A DNA stretch of 64,000 nucleotides from Tubulanus polymorphus (GCF_964204645.1 NC_134032.1:13690275-13754274); one strand, 5' to 3'. Numbered from the stretch's first letter, positions 51,560 to 63,765 are shown. The notes: a model not told the origin generated them from the letters alone. Numbers and translations: made by a program.

Positions 51560-52043
51560 TACCAGCCCGGTGGATTGCTGCTACCAGCCCGGGTGGATTG
51601 CTGCTACCAGCCCGGGTGGATTGCTGCTACCAGCCCGGGTTGATTGCTTGCTACCAGCCCGGGTGGATTGCTGCTACCAGCCCGGGTGGATTGCGGCTAC
51701 CAGCCCGGGTGGATTGCGGCTACCAGCCCGGGTGGATTGCTGCTACCAGCCCGGGTGGATTGCGGCTACCAGCCCGGGTGGATTGCTGCTACCAGCCCGG
51801 GTGGATTGCGGCTACCAGCCCGGGTGGATTGCTGCTACCAGCCCGGGTGGATCGCCGCTACCAGCCCGGGTGGATCGCTGCTACCAGCCCGGGTGGATCG
51901 CTGCTACCAGCCCGTGTGGATTGTGGCTACCAGCCCGGGTGGATTGCTGCTACCAGCCCAGGTGGATTGCCGCTACCAGCCCGGGTGGATCGCTGCTACC
52001 AGCCCGGGTAGATCGCTGCTACCAGCTCGGGTGGATTGCTGCT
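51560..52043 (+). repeat. GC-rich minisatellite, 23 bp x ~21
   Basis: Unit ctaccagcccgggtggat(t/c)gc(t/g/c)g. Confidence 0.96.
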
Positions 52044-52458
52044 CCGATTTCAATCACTCGTGAAATGAGAAACATGGTTTCGGGAAACTTAATGATCCAA
52101 GATCAAAAATGTTTGATTCCGTGTTCTGTTTTCGTGAGTCATGTGCGTTTGAACGAAGTCATCATCATCTTTTTGCAGTTCAACTTACATTAATCGCCAT
52201 TTCTAAATGTCTTCTGATTTGATCAGTATCATAACTGTATAAAGATTGAGAAAATATTCTCATGAGACAGAATATAAGTCGTAAGTCATGTTCGGATTCG
52301 AAGAGTTCTAACACATGCCTATACGTGTACATATAATTGTGATGACACTTTGACAGGTGCACGTCACATTCTTTCGTTTTCAGTAAATCGATTTCGAAGC
52401 GAATTGTAAATGAATTTATGAAATGACATGCGCTTCCATTAGAGGAGAATGCATATTG

Positions 52459-52555
52459 CATCCTCGCTTGCCAGGGTTTGATTGTCGCCCGTTAGGCCTG
52501 GGGTTGTGTTGGCGTGAGCTTAGCGGGCGCAATCAAACCCTGGCAAGCGAGGATG
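52459..52555. mobile_element. 97-bp hAT-type MITE
   Basis: 26-bp perfect TIR CATCCTCGCTTGCCAGGGTTTGATTG; 8-bp TSD gcatattg/gcatatcg. Confidence 0.9.
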
Positions 52556-54909
52556 GCATATCGTCGATTGATGAACTATACAGTGACGATATTAATCGGC
52601 CGCATATCTACCAAGTGAATAACATCTCTTGACCCAGTTCCACAGAAGTGAGTTAGGATTTGACTCATTGAAAATGAGCTGATTCTAACTCAGACTTAAC
52701 TCCAACTCACAAATGTTGAACTGGGTACCTTCAGATTTAACTCACAACAGTGGAACTGGAACCAATTGTTAAGAATTGGTTAATTCAACCGTTTTGTGAT
52801 TAAATTTCTTTTTCACATGAAAGTGGACCCTGCTGGATACCCACAAGAAACGTACGTAAAGGTCCTGCCATCAGTCATGCCATATATGCGCCTTACCTAC
52901 CCCACCCCCATATGAGATCATGGGCGGAACATGCACAGGCATACGAGTAAATGCGGCTCCCCTCCCCGTCCACGTAAGAATGAAATTGACGGCCATTTGA
53001 ATTCGGCCAGACGAATTTGTGATCTTCGATGACTGATTCAAAAAAGGTATAGCATATTTTCAAATTGTTTCCAAAGCAACATAAAGCGAAAAAGAGATAT
53101 TAATTTCAATGATTAAAAAATGGAGAAAAAAAAATTCGACAATTAATCTTGAAATTTCGACGGCTGAAAAAATGACTTGGAGTTTTGCCATAAAATGATA
53201 ACAAAAATGAAAATAATTTTCTTTTCAGAGGATGGATGAAACAGGCGTTTTATTAACCTCGATGATATCTAGTTTATTTGCAATTAGTCAACCGATGTGG
53301 TGGCGCTCATGGCATCATTCGTAACGGCGGAAATATTTACTATAACATTGTTATTTTGCTAATCTGGTATCTATCGGATGTAAATTGGTCAAGAAATAAA
53401 TGAAATTAATTTCATCGCTTTCTGCAAATCCTCTCCGTCTCCACAGCCTCCATCTCTACAGCCTCCATCTTATACAACCTCCATCTTTACAGCCTTTATC
53501 TCTACTGTCTTTGATCGATTTACTTGAATTGTGATGATCCCTAAATAAACCCTAAAAATCTGTTGTGACAATTCTGTCAGAAATGCAGACGCTCACGATG
53601 GACAGCTGTGCAAAGTGAAAAACAACGGCTACTTTACAAAATCTGATGATAAAATAAATTGAATTGATTCCGGGTTTAGAAGCTTCCAGTTGATGTAAAT
53701 CGAATAGAGTCGTAATACTTGGTTCCTCATTGCTTCTGTTACAGAGTTGAGCTATGATTATATAATCATTAGTGCATGTTTAAACATAATTTCGCTTCAG
53801 TTTTAAATATAGACCTCTAGAGTAGCCAGTAATCCTATAGCTGACCATATTTAGTTACGCAGTACAGTATGAGTACTGTTATTATACGACTCGTGTTGTT
53901 GACGCTGATAGCCGCTTCGGTCGTACTTCTTCTGAAACCTTTGACAGGTTTGGAAAGTCCAGAGAGACAAGATGATTTGCTCTAAATTGCGTATCGTAGT
54001 TTATTTCCAACTTGGAACTCCAAACGGTGTATGCTAGCTTGTAGCTAAGACATATATTCATCTTCTGTTTACATTTTTAGTTATATTTATATGTACAAGA
54101 ATAAGTGATGAGTGCAAAACTATAACAAAGGTTGTCGGGTGACGAGACATGACATGTTTTTCACAGGTGCAACAGATAGAACAGTTTGAGCAAGACAGAG
54201 ACATAGTTGGACAAAGACAATGAATGAGGTGCGACAGACAGATAAATAACAGGCTAATTAATAATTCACAGGCAACATGTAACAACAACTATAGACAAAG
54301 AAAATATGAATCTTACACTATAATACTGAGTCATGTAGTTTACCTCGGGAGTTGCGTAACCATCAGGCTCCGGGGAGAGATCTTACATCGAGTCTCTCCT
54401 CGTAAATAATCGGTCAAATGAAATACTAGTATGTAGAAACCAAAATGGAATACTTATGTGTTGTTTCTCACGGAGATGGCATCGGATTATTAATATATAC
54501 ACGATAAATGCGCATTTAAAGAGAATGAAAAGTCATCTTTAACAAAACCAATTCGATACAGAAATACTCTATAAACATTTCTCGGTCAAGTAGGTCTTCA
54601 AAAAATAGTTTTGATGATTCGATAAGATCGTAGATTGTTTACTTTATTTCAAGATATTCGAAAGATTTGTGTGTGATTTTCAGATTTTTCTTAATTCGGA
54701 GGTTACTTAAGAGGTCTCTTCCTCCATCCATCCTCTGAATAGAAAATAATATCCATTTTCGTTATTTTTCAATAATCGAAATTTCCGATAATTTTCTTAA
54801 ATTTGGGAACCGCGCTTTGTTGTTCTGTGTCTGCGTAGCTGCGAATCTGACAAATTTGATTGTAAAGTGATCGAAAACGAAATTCACGGAATAAAGCGTT
54901 GACTTGACT

Positions 54910-55144
54910 TTACTTTACACAACCTGTTCCTTTCGGACATATATAACATTGACCAGGCTTGCTAGTATCACAGTAGTTAGCATCGAACTTTTCATGTTTA
55001 AGCTCATCAGTGTCCAATAACAATCACCTTTTTAACAAACATAGTAGTTTTTCCATCTTCATAGAAACAATCTCTTTTGGCTTCAACGATGCCAGATTGC
55101 AACACACATATCACCATTACTAAACCGATCACCGTTGTCAGTCT
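54910..55144 (-). pseudogene. Pseudogene of the cysteine-rich peptide family (copy 3)
   Basis: Reads RLTTVIGLVMVICVLQSGIVEAKRDCFYEDGK/(frameshift)YYVC*KGDCY/(frameshift)TDELKHEKFDANYCDTSKPGQCYICPKGTGCVK*. The start codon is missing, and there is one in-frame stop and two frameshifts. Confidence 0.85.
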
Positions 55145-55777
55145 CCATCACAGTCTCCATCTCTCCAGGCTCTGGTAGATTTACTTAAAAATTGCGAAGA
55201 CCCTTAAATGAAAATGCCCTACAAGTCTGTGACAGTGATTGTTGATAGACGGCCACCCCGTTCGCCCAGGGATTCTTCTCTCTTCGCACGTATTTTTAAT
55301 TTAGGGGCTGCCTTTCTGCGTTGCTGTTCCAACTCCATCCACGCTTACCAGGTTTCCCAAAAACCTTGTGTTTAGATAATCCGCGTCACTACTTTTACAT
55401 TTTTTTGAAAGGTTTTTCTCAAAACAGTTTGATAGATAAGTTATTTTAACTGAAACCAAAATCTTGTAACTAAAATTCTGTAACAAAGGTTGTAACGACT
55501 ATGATGAAATCTAAATCCGAAATCTAATGATGAGTAATTAGTATAGTTTTCATTGGTGATTGATTAATTCCAAAAAATTAATTCTTCTCTAATTGAAATG
55601 TAGAAGAAATTAAATGCAGAAGACTGAATAAGAACTAGTGAACATTCTATGTATAACTATTGTTTGTTGCATCGGTCTATGTTGATGTCATTAACTTTTC
55701 GCCGATTAGAAAATTATTTTAAAAACCGGTAAAATACATTTCCATGACATTCGAATACATTAGAATAAATTTCCATT

Positions 55778-55819
55778 CCACCTGATGATGGCTGTTAGTC
55801 AACAGCCAAAACGTTGTGG
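55778..55819 (+). ncRNA. Minimal hammerhead ribozyme motif with a G12-to-A core mutation (probably inactive)
   Basis: CCAC-CUGAUGA-U-GGCUGUU-AGUC-AACAGCC-AAAAC-GUU-GUGG; perfect 7-bp stem II; same family as 20742-20783. Confidence 0.7.
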
Positions 55820-56237
55820 TTTCGTTCTAACAAATTATCTCATATAAAATTGGAATTGTGGGACTTATTCAATTCAGGTAAAATACCCTTGTTCGAACGT
55901 CAAAAATAACGAATACTCTACACCTTGAAAATACCATTTGGGTTCAGACATTGCTTTTTTTATTTTTCAGTCAAGTTCTTCGATAATACGATAACACCAA
56001 TTACACCAATTATCAGATTATTCGTTCGAAGTCTTTTTTAATTTCGTCATGAAATGTCTGAAAAAAAAAGTCTTTCGTTTAAGGTTTATTTGTCGGTGAG
56101 TCGAGCTATTTTTGTCAAATTTATGTTGTTTTATTTTGCTGACCACGCGATGCTCTTTCGTCTCTAACGCGGTTGCGCTGACAACCACAAACGTAAAGAA
56201 ATGTAAAGTTCACATAGAATACAATGTTTGACTTGAC

Positions 56238-56480
56238 TTACCTTTTACAGCTTGCGCCTATAGGACAGATACAACATTGATCTCCGTAGGAATCGCAATC
56301 GCCCTCCCTAGTTTCATATTTATGTTCCTCCGAGTCCCCATAACAATCACCGTTTTTACAAACATAGTAGTTATCATCATCCTGATAATTGCAAGGTGCT
56401 TTGGCTTCAACGCTGCCACATTGCAACAATGATAACACTATGACGATACCGATCACCATCGCCAGTCGATAACTAACCAT
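56238..56480 (-). CDS. Small secreted cysteine-rich peptide, copy 2 (80 aa; signal peptide plus 8-Cys mature region)
   Basis: MVSYRLAMVIGIVIVLSLLQCGSVEA-KAPCNYQDDDNYYVCKNGDCYGDSEEHKYETREGDCDSYGDQCCICPIGASCKR*. Acceptor just before the ATG; non-coding first exon ends at 57281; TATAAAA at 57384-57390. Confidence 0.88.
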   Translation of the reverse strand: MVSYRLAMVIGIVIVLSLLQCGSVEAKAPCNYQDDDNYYVCKNGDCYGDSEEHKYETREGDCDSYGDQCCICPIGASCKR

Positions 56481-56503
56481 TCTGAAAAAAAACTGAAATG
56501 ATT

Positions 56504-58430
56504 AAGTCAGTAAGAAAACTAGTTATGTGCACGAGAACATGTTCAAAACTACTATTATAAGATATTGTTATCCTTTTCTTTTCCTGTTTTATATGTAAGG
56601 AAATATTGTAAGAAATTTTATCTGTGCTCATATGTGGAGCAAATAAAATCTGAATTTGAATCTGAATTAGTTGACAGATTCTTTATTGCTACGGATTCTT
56701 ATCGCGCGATAGCGATAGTCCGGGCCGATAGTCGTACTACCGAAAAAAACTTTCTCGAGTCACCGACCAGTGTAGACGGTGCACGATATAAATACCGCAT
56801 TAGCGAAAGGCGGCTTTCCAAAAAGCGGCTTATCTGGTTTAAGTGTAGATGAATTAAGTGACAAATAGTGTCGGCCAAGAACGACCTTAGAAGAATCGTA
56901 TCACCTAGGTTCAACTGTACAAAGCTCTTTTATACAAAAAAGAGACAGAATAGGAAATAATTCAATAAATTTACACCGGTTAACAGCAAAATTATCATAA
57001 TTTCACCCCTAAAAATTGTCATACCATTTTCATTGAAGTTAACGGTCATCATAAGGGATTGTCAAAATCTAAGACCTCGTCAGAAAAAAAATACAGAACG
57101 GTTTGCCGACTGCTGAGTGCGGAGTCTGGTTTTAAAAAAAATAAACAGATTGATTGCGAAGTTGTTGATTGACTAAAATGAACGCAGAATCGTCACTTCA
57201 TAAGTTTACCAAATACGTGAGCTTGTCGCGCACTCAAATTCAGTTACATACGGCGCCAGTCTCAGTAAAAATGGACCTACCTGCTTAATATTTCGTCGTC
57301 GTAGAAATGTTTTCAGTGATGAACGAGAGAGAATCTTCACTGCGTCAAACGGCTTTCTCGATTTACACCGAAATACGACGCCTTTTTATACACATTGGCG
57401 AACAATCATGATTTATGGTGTCAATATCTTGATTTCTGATTTATGTCAGTTGCTCCGCCTCCAGATGACAGATCATAAAATGACACGAAAAACAGACACA
57501 GAATAATGTTCACCATTCATTCGATATGAATCAATTTTCTAAAATTCATTATTTCATATATTTACAGTAAAATGTACACGAAAAAGATACTCTTACATGC
57601 AATTATGAATAATGCATGTAGATAATATGGCATTTGTATATTTTTATTTCATTCTGTGGTCTTGCAATGGCGAATATAACAAATTGATTTCTGTAAAGGC
57701 CCTCGGATCTTTCAGTGGATCCGCTCATATTGCCGAGTTAATATTGCCATATTATCCAGTTCTACAGTAATGAGTTTGAGTTAACTCTGAACTCAGGATC
57801 CAGTTCTACAGTTATTAGTTTGAGTTAACTCTGAACTCAGGATCCAGTTCTACAGTTATGAGTTTGAGTTAACTCTGAACTCAGGATCCAGTTCTACAGT
57901 CATGAGTTTGAGTTAACTCTTAACTCAGAATCCAGTTCCACAGTTTGTGAGTTTGAGTTAACTCTGAATTCTTAATCCAGTTCTACGGTTGTGCTGAACT
58001 CAGGATCCAGTTCCACAGTTATGAGTTTGAATTAACTCTGAACTCTTAATCCAGTCCTACGGTTGTGAGCTAGAGTTAACTCTGGACTCAGGAAGAATCC
58101 ATTTTGCGAATCGTTCGTTCGTTTGTTCGTACGTGCACATCGCAGTCCAAGAGAATCCGGAACAGCACACAACATACAGTATACAGCTAGTTATCGAGTT
58201 GTCCTAAGGATTTCCATAACTTAATCAAAAATCTAGAAATTTTTGAACATAATTTGTTTTATCTTCATCATCTTAAATCTTCTTTTACTCGGTCACTCGG
58301 CTCTTACTGGCCTGATTCGTATCGCTCAGGACAAGCTTGAAATAGCCGTGTGGTAAAAGCCATCGGTCAAAGGTTTTAACAAAGTCTACATCTGTTTTCA
58401 AAACTAACAACAAACACAAAATGCAAAAGC
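56504..58430. repeat. Segmental duplication copy B (intron, 5' exon and promoter of peptide gene 2)
   Basis: Nearly identical to 48606-50763; includes a shorter 44-bp array at 57756-58093. Confidence 0.92.
57281..57397 (-). promoter_or_regulatory. Putative non-coding first exon and TATA box (TATAAAA) of peptide gene 2
   Basis: Donor GCAG|GTAGGT at 57281/57280; gtgTATAAAAAgg at 57384-57390. Confidence 0.6.
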
Positions 58431-58721
58431 ACAACGTAATCAAACTATTCGCTGTGATTTAGGTTCTCGTTGAAATCTTGAACACCTAATTCTTTTCGAG
58501 CGGATCCAGTGTCAACTAAAGGGGACCAAAAAGTGTCCATTTAAGAAATAAAGAACCTTTTTCTTAGCTTCATCGCGATTCCGTTCACACGTTCATGATG
58601 ACTGTTTAAACTTCTTTGATAGTAAAACAGCTAATTAGAGCGACTATCAAATCTAAAAATGAATATCAAATGCGTAAAAACCTCACAATTTATGATTGAA
58701 TCTAAAAAGTTTATTCAAACA

Positions 58722-58765
58722 TTAGAAATATTTCGGGTGGATGCTACCACCCATCTTCAGTCTAA
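58722..58765 (-). ncRNA. Intact minimal type I hammerhead ribozyme motif (Penelope-type)
   Basis: UUAGA-CUGAAGA-U-GGGUGG-UAGCAU-CCACCC-GAAA-U-AUU-UCUAA: perfect 5-bp stem I, perfect 6-bp stem II, full core, palindromic AUAU stem III; AAUAAA follows 6 nt later. Confidence 0.8.
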
Positions 58766-59080
58766 AAATATATCGTCCAAGCTATAGTTTGACTTTTCTG
58801 CTGAAATTATTCAGTTAGGAATGTTTGGGGATGGAATTTTCAAGGGTCGTCCAATTTTTAAGGGTGTTCGGGTCCCCATGGTCACCCCTGTACCGCCACT
58901 AGGGCATCTTCTGAAGAACAAAGGCATAATTTCAAATATTCTGGAAAATGACCACTATATTTTCTGCGAATCTGACCTTTGATTCAAATTTCATCTGTGG
59001 AGCTGTGCCACGCCATATTGTTTTCAGTTTGAGTTACTTTTAAGCGTCGGGTAAGTTTTTTCTCAATGGATTGAACTATC

Positions 59081-60790
59081 GAATCAAATCTCAACTCAGA
59101 ATTAGGAACCGGGTCTAGGGAGTTTACAAACTTCGAGGGTCTGACACGTTAATTATTTATCGTGTTAGTCAAAATTTTGCTCAACTACATATTTCATATT
59201 GCTATGGAGAACTGCTAACATTTGCAATAAAATGACAGTGACAATAAATCGAAAACGAGATATGACTAGATATGAGGACACGGATAGAATTAAAATCAGA
59301 AAAGACCCGATGTATCCACGAAGGGTACTTGAACAATTAGCTAGCTCCACCCTACGTACTTAACACTGACAGGAGAATTATTTTTTTTGCCGCAGTAAAT
59401 CGATATAATCGTACTAGGCGACCCAGTACGATGTGGAAAAAGCTGATTATAGGCGCCCTCGAGCATGTTCCAACATCAGCAATGCCACACCACACGGCAA
59501 CATAATCCCAGGACCCGGTTTTATAGACTGGTATTAACCCAGGGGCTAACTCAATTCATTTTCAATTGAGTTAACCCCTGGGTTAAAAGATAATACCAGT
59601 CTACAAAACATGGGCCCAGGATGATATTATTTTGATTGTGTTCGTTAAAGGCGTTCATGATTTTTGGCGGCCGTTTGGAAATGTGGCTCAAGTCTCCGAG
59701 TGCCCAAACGGCCGATTACTACTAAAATACGAAATCATTGCAATCATGTGAAGATATTCATTAAATCCACATATAAAAAGAAAGGGCTGTGATTGGTATT
59801 AAAGCATGTTATAAAAGTAATTGAAAGATTCCTGAAAGATAGTGGAGATGGTGAAGTGTGCACAGGGAGGCGAACTGACCCGTTCGTGAAACCGGGCCCA
59901 GTGGATAGATACCATAGCAAATATGGACTTTCAATTGTCACCATGGTTAACTATAACCAATTTCTTTAGCAACTGACCGCTGTTCCGAAGACTTCCCAAA
60001 AGATACTACGGCAAAGGATGATCAGGAACCAGTCCAAAAGTTAGGAGTAGTTCATTTCAATGGATCATGAATTCTAGAATCAAATATCAACTCAAAAGTG
60101 CGGATCTGGGTCCAGGGAATTCACAATTCGATGGTCTTACACGTAAATCGCTTATTGCGTTTGCAAACCAATATGAGTTATGCATGTCGAAAAAGCACAT
60201 GGTTGCAAGAATAAATGGAACTGATACCCGAGCGTTGGAATAATCTCTGCACACATTGACAGTGGAATCAAACGATGTATCTGCTCAGATAGAAAATCAG
60301 AAAACACCTGATTTATATCAATACACGTAAAGGATACTTAAACAATTAGCTAGCTACAACTACATGGACAGGTGGATTGTTTCACTGCGAGCTAGTAAAA
60401 TCGATACAATCGTACTAGGCGACCCGGCATGATCGAATGATTAATCTAAAAAAGATTGTTGGTATCCACGACACACCACAAAATATCCCCAGGATGATAC
60501 TATTTTACTTGCATTCGTTAAAAGGCCGCATTCATCACATCGGCGGCCGCGTCTGGTGCCAGGCCAAGGTTCGGGACACCGAGTATACGTCTCCACTGAA
60601 TGAGAGGCACGAAATAAATCATGCAATATGTGAAGATATTCATTAAATCCACTTATGACAATACAATAGAATTGGTTGGATTGGTATTAAAGCGAGTTAT
60701 AACGCAATCGCAAAGTTATCGAAGGATCCCACAAGCGCCGGACGACATGGTGATCAGGAGCTGACGAAGTGTGCACAGGGAAGCGAGTAA
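59081..60790. repeat. Old diverged tandem duplication, ~1 kb period
   Basis: Collinear blocks at 59081/60077 (gaatcaaat.tcaactca), 59292/60293 (aaaatcagaaaa), 59411/60412 (gtactaggcgaccc), 59746/60629 (atgtgaagatattcattaaatccac) and 59852/60766 (gaagtgtgcacaggga). Confidence 0.8.
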
Positions 60791-61123
60791 AATGGAGCAG
60801 CATAGTGTGCACAGGGAAGCGAGTGAAGTAGACGGCGCTACTGGATAATTTCGTCTGTTTCCGGGAAAATTTAAATTCACTCAAAATCCTCGTTTTAAAC
60901 CTCATTTTACTCGTAATTAAGTGGCCTTTAATTCTTAATAAGCTCGATATTTAATTCGACCCTGTGTTTTTGATAAATTGAATTATGCTTCAATCGAAAA
61001 TATGCAGTAAATCGCTTTGAAAATCACGAAAAGTAGAAAAACAAGAAGGCCAAATATCAATCATCGTACTACCTAATTTTATTGAATCGGTGACCGCGTC
61101 GCTCCGGCTGTTGTGCGGTGAAG

Positions 61124-63011
61124 ATGGCAGTCAGTAGTGGAAGAATCAAAAGGAAATCTCTAAAACTTCTCGAAGCAGAAGGTCTTGGAGTTGAAGACAT
61201 TTTCAGTACAGTAAAGTGAGTGCAATGTCGATGATGTTGTTTCCGCCGGTTGTTTTCAGTTTTGCAGTAGGCCTTGTTGCCTACCTGAGCTGAGTTTGAG
61301 AATGCACAACCTAATCGCAGCACCTTTCCCACTACTAGGTTCAGATGCTGTATCCTGAGGATTTTCAAAAAAAATACACCTACACTTCATCTAGAGGCGA
61401 CCCTACACAGGCTACATATTGTAGTAGGGTGTATTTCAACTTTTACTTAGGCTGTTACCTGTCTCTGGTTTAGTTTTATGAACCGATATTTTCATTGGTA
61501 AAGACTCATCCAATTATAAAAGCTTACCACCAACGATTATGTTAATAATTTCAACTTAGCTTAAGAGAACGTTGAATGTTGCCCTTGCTCAGTCAGTTTC
61601 TGATTAGTCTTGTACCTAATGTCTATTTCAACCTGACTTGAGAGCATTCCGGGTGGCCTAGCTCAGTCAGTTTTGGTAGTACATACCTGATAGAAGTCTT
61701 ATTAGGACCAGAAAGGACAGGCAGTCAACCTAAATCATCAGTTTTTAATCCATTTGAAACTGTATTGAAGGATCCAAAAAGTCTTCACTGAAGGGGTTAA
61801 ATGAAGAGAAGTGACTCCATGATTTGAAAGTTTAACAATATGTTTCCATGCCTACGTACCAACTTCAACTTGGTAGGCATGGAGACATATTGTAAAACTT
61901 TCAAATCATGGAGTCTCTTTTCTCTCAGGAACCCCTCTCAATGCAGATTTTTTGGATATCCTTCAATACAGTTTAAAGTGGATTAAAAAACGATATTTTA
62001 GTTCAGCTGCCAATGCATTCTGTTCCTAATAAGACTTCTATCAGGTAGTTACTACCAAAACTGACTGAGCTAGGCCACCCAGAATGCTCTCAAGTCAGTT
62101 TGAAATAGACATTGGCCGTTATTCTCAAACAAACGGTGGTCAAAGTGCAGATCCGCACCTCTCGTGATTGAAGCAATCTGCTGAATGACAGAATCCAGGC
62201 TAAAATCTTTCTACTCTCTCTAGTGAAGATATCTTAAAATTAGCCGATGGCAATGTACTGAATTGCTGATGACATTTTGAATCTGAAACAATGATATTTC
62301 GTGTAATTGATTGAACCGTTTACGCGGAGAGGTGCGGATCTGCACTTTTACCCAAACGGTTGTAGGGAACCCGTAACAATAACTGGTATTCAGACTTCAT
62401 ACCCGTCTTAATGGGACCAGTGGGCAGTTGAGTTAAAGCATCGATTTTCAATCCATTTTACACACTGTATTTAAGGATTGCCAAAATATCTTGTTGAAAT
62501 ATGTGGTGGCTTTTTTGAGATTTTACCTGTGACCGTTTGAATATTTCAGGAAAGACGCGAATAAATCGCCCGCTGCGAAAAAACCGATCACAATCGCGTC
62601 GAAATCATCGGAACCGGAGCGAAAAAAACTGAAAATCAAATTGACACCGACGACGCCGAAACAACAACCGACTGCGGCGAGCGAGGATTCGGGTAAAAAA
62701 TCGGCCGAGAAAAAAACGACGAAGAAAGTTAAATTGAATAAAGACGGTACGCCTAAAGTGCGCGGGGCAGAGGGCGCCGCGTGTTCGAATTTGAAATGTA
62801 GTATAGCGCCGACGTGTGGAGCAGCAGCCGTTCCTAGGTATCTATCTCTCCATCGATCTATCTCCCTCTCTTCCATATCTCTGATTTGAATGTGATGATT
62901 ATATTTCCGTTGTTGTTTTAGTTGTTGTGGAAGTGGAAAGACGTCTCGATGGTATCACATCTCGTCCACCGATCATTATTGTAACATGTGTTTCGAGTAT
63001 TTCTACCGACC
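61124..63011 (+). CDS. KDM1B: 5' part of a lysine-specific histone demethylase 1B (LSD2)-like gene; continues beyond the window
   Basis: join(61124-61215,62550-62837,62922-63011,...), phases consistent. A Lys-rich N-terminus is followed by CSNLKCSIAPTCGAAAVPSCCGSGKTSRWYHISSTDHYCNMCFEYFYR, matching the LSD2 C4H2C2 zinc finger (TSRWYH...H.CN.CF...YR). The CW, SWIRM and amine oxidase domains are not in the window. Confidence 0.78.
61618..62113. mobile_element. ~500 bp palindromic foldback element, copy 2, in KDM1B-like intron 1
   Basis: Same sequence family and termini as 43782-44278. Confidence 0.9.
62142..62348. mobile_element. MITE with 22-bp perfect inverted repeats
   Basis: aaagtgcagatccgcacctctc ... 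gagaggtgcggatctgcacttt. Confidence 0.7.
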
Positions 63012-63226
63012 GTAAGTCTCTTCAGCGTCAAATTGAAATTTTACGTGAAATCTTTTTCTGCTCGATTGATCTGATAAAGACCATGCTCGATTCAATATGG
63101 CCGCTTTAATATTGAATGGGTAGAAAATCGAGGTTGGGTGTAACAAATTTGACTACGACTTCTATTTGAGAGTCTGTATAAGAGGTCCAGACATCAAACT
63201 GCTCCCAAAAAATACAAATATGAGAC

Positions 63227-63359
63227 CTGGGACCAGTTGCTCAAAAGTTGGTTAGAGTTAACCATTGGATAGTTGACATAGTGACAATTAAAAGTTCATT
63301 GTTACTTTGGTATTTATCTGCCGGTTATCTTTAACCAACTTTTGAGCAACCGGCCCCAG
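63227..63359. mobile_element. Short MITE
   Basis: ctgggaccagttgctcaaaagttggtta ... taaccaacttttgagcaaccggccccag. Confidence 0.75.
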
Positions 63360-63438
63360 TAGTACTTTATAGGTTAACCATGTATGGAAAGTGTGTAGTA
63401 GCTTCAGCAGGTGATGAAAAGCTACTACAGTAGAACCT

Positions 63439-63478
<40 letters not shown>

Positions 63479-63765
63479 GTAATAATAATAAACACGAATT
63501 TGTAAAGCGCCTCTTTCCCTGTGTACAAAGTTCAGCTGTGCTGTCAAACCTGATTATTATTACCCAGCTTCTGTTACCATTCCATAGCAGTCTTACTCTC
63601 TCTGGGGAGATACAACACCGATCAGCAAATCACGATCAGGCGTCGTCAGCCGGTAGCAAGTGTGAATTAATGCCTTGCCTAAGGACACTACAGCATAGCC
63701 GGGGTTCGAACACTGGACATCTCGATTGAGAAGGCAACGCCTTTAACCTTTAGGCCATGCCACTC
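63439..63765 (-). mobile_element. tRNA-derived SINE with an (ATT)n tail, inserted in a Tc1/mariner-like MITE
   Basis: Minus strand: A box TGGCCTAAAGG, B box TGTTCGAACCC, central gtgtccttaggcaaggca block, 3' ggcgctttacaaat then (ATT)~17 (63439-63491). The flanks tacagtagaacctt... and ...cgaggtacaactaca form the host MITE. Confidence 0.75.

Noticed and set aside
51537-52193. Cys-containing repetitive ORFs open in all three frames
   Set aside because: A 23-bp stop-free minisatellite rotates through the frames; no ATG start, signal peptide or splice context.
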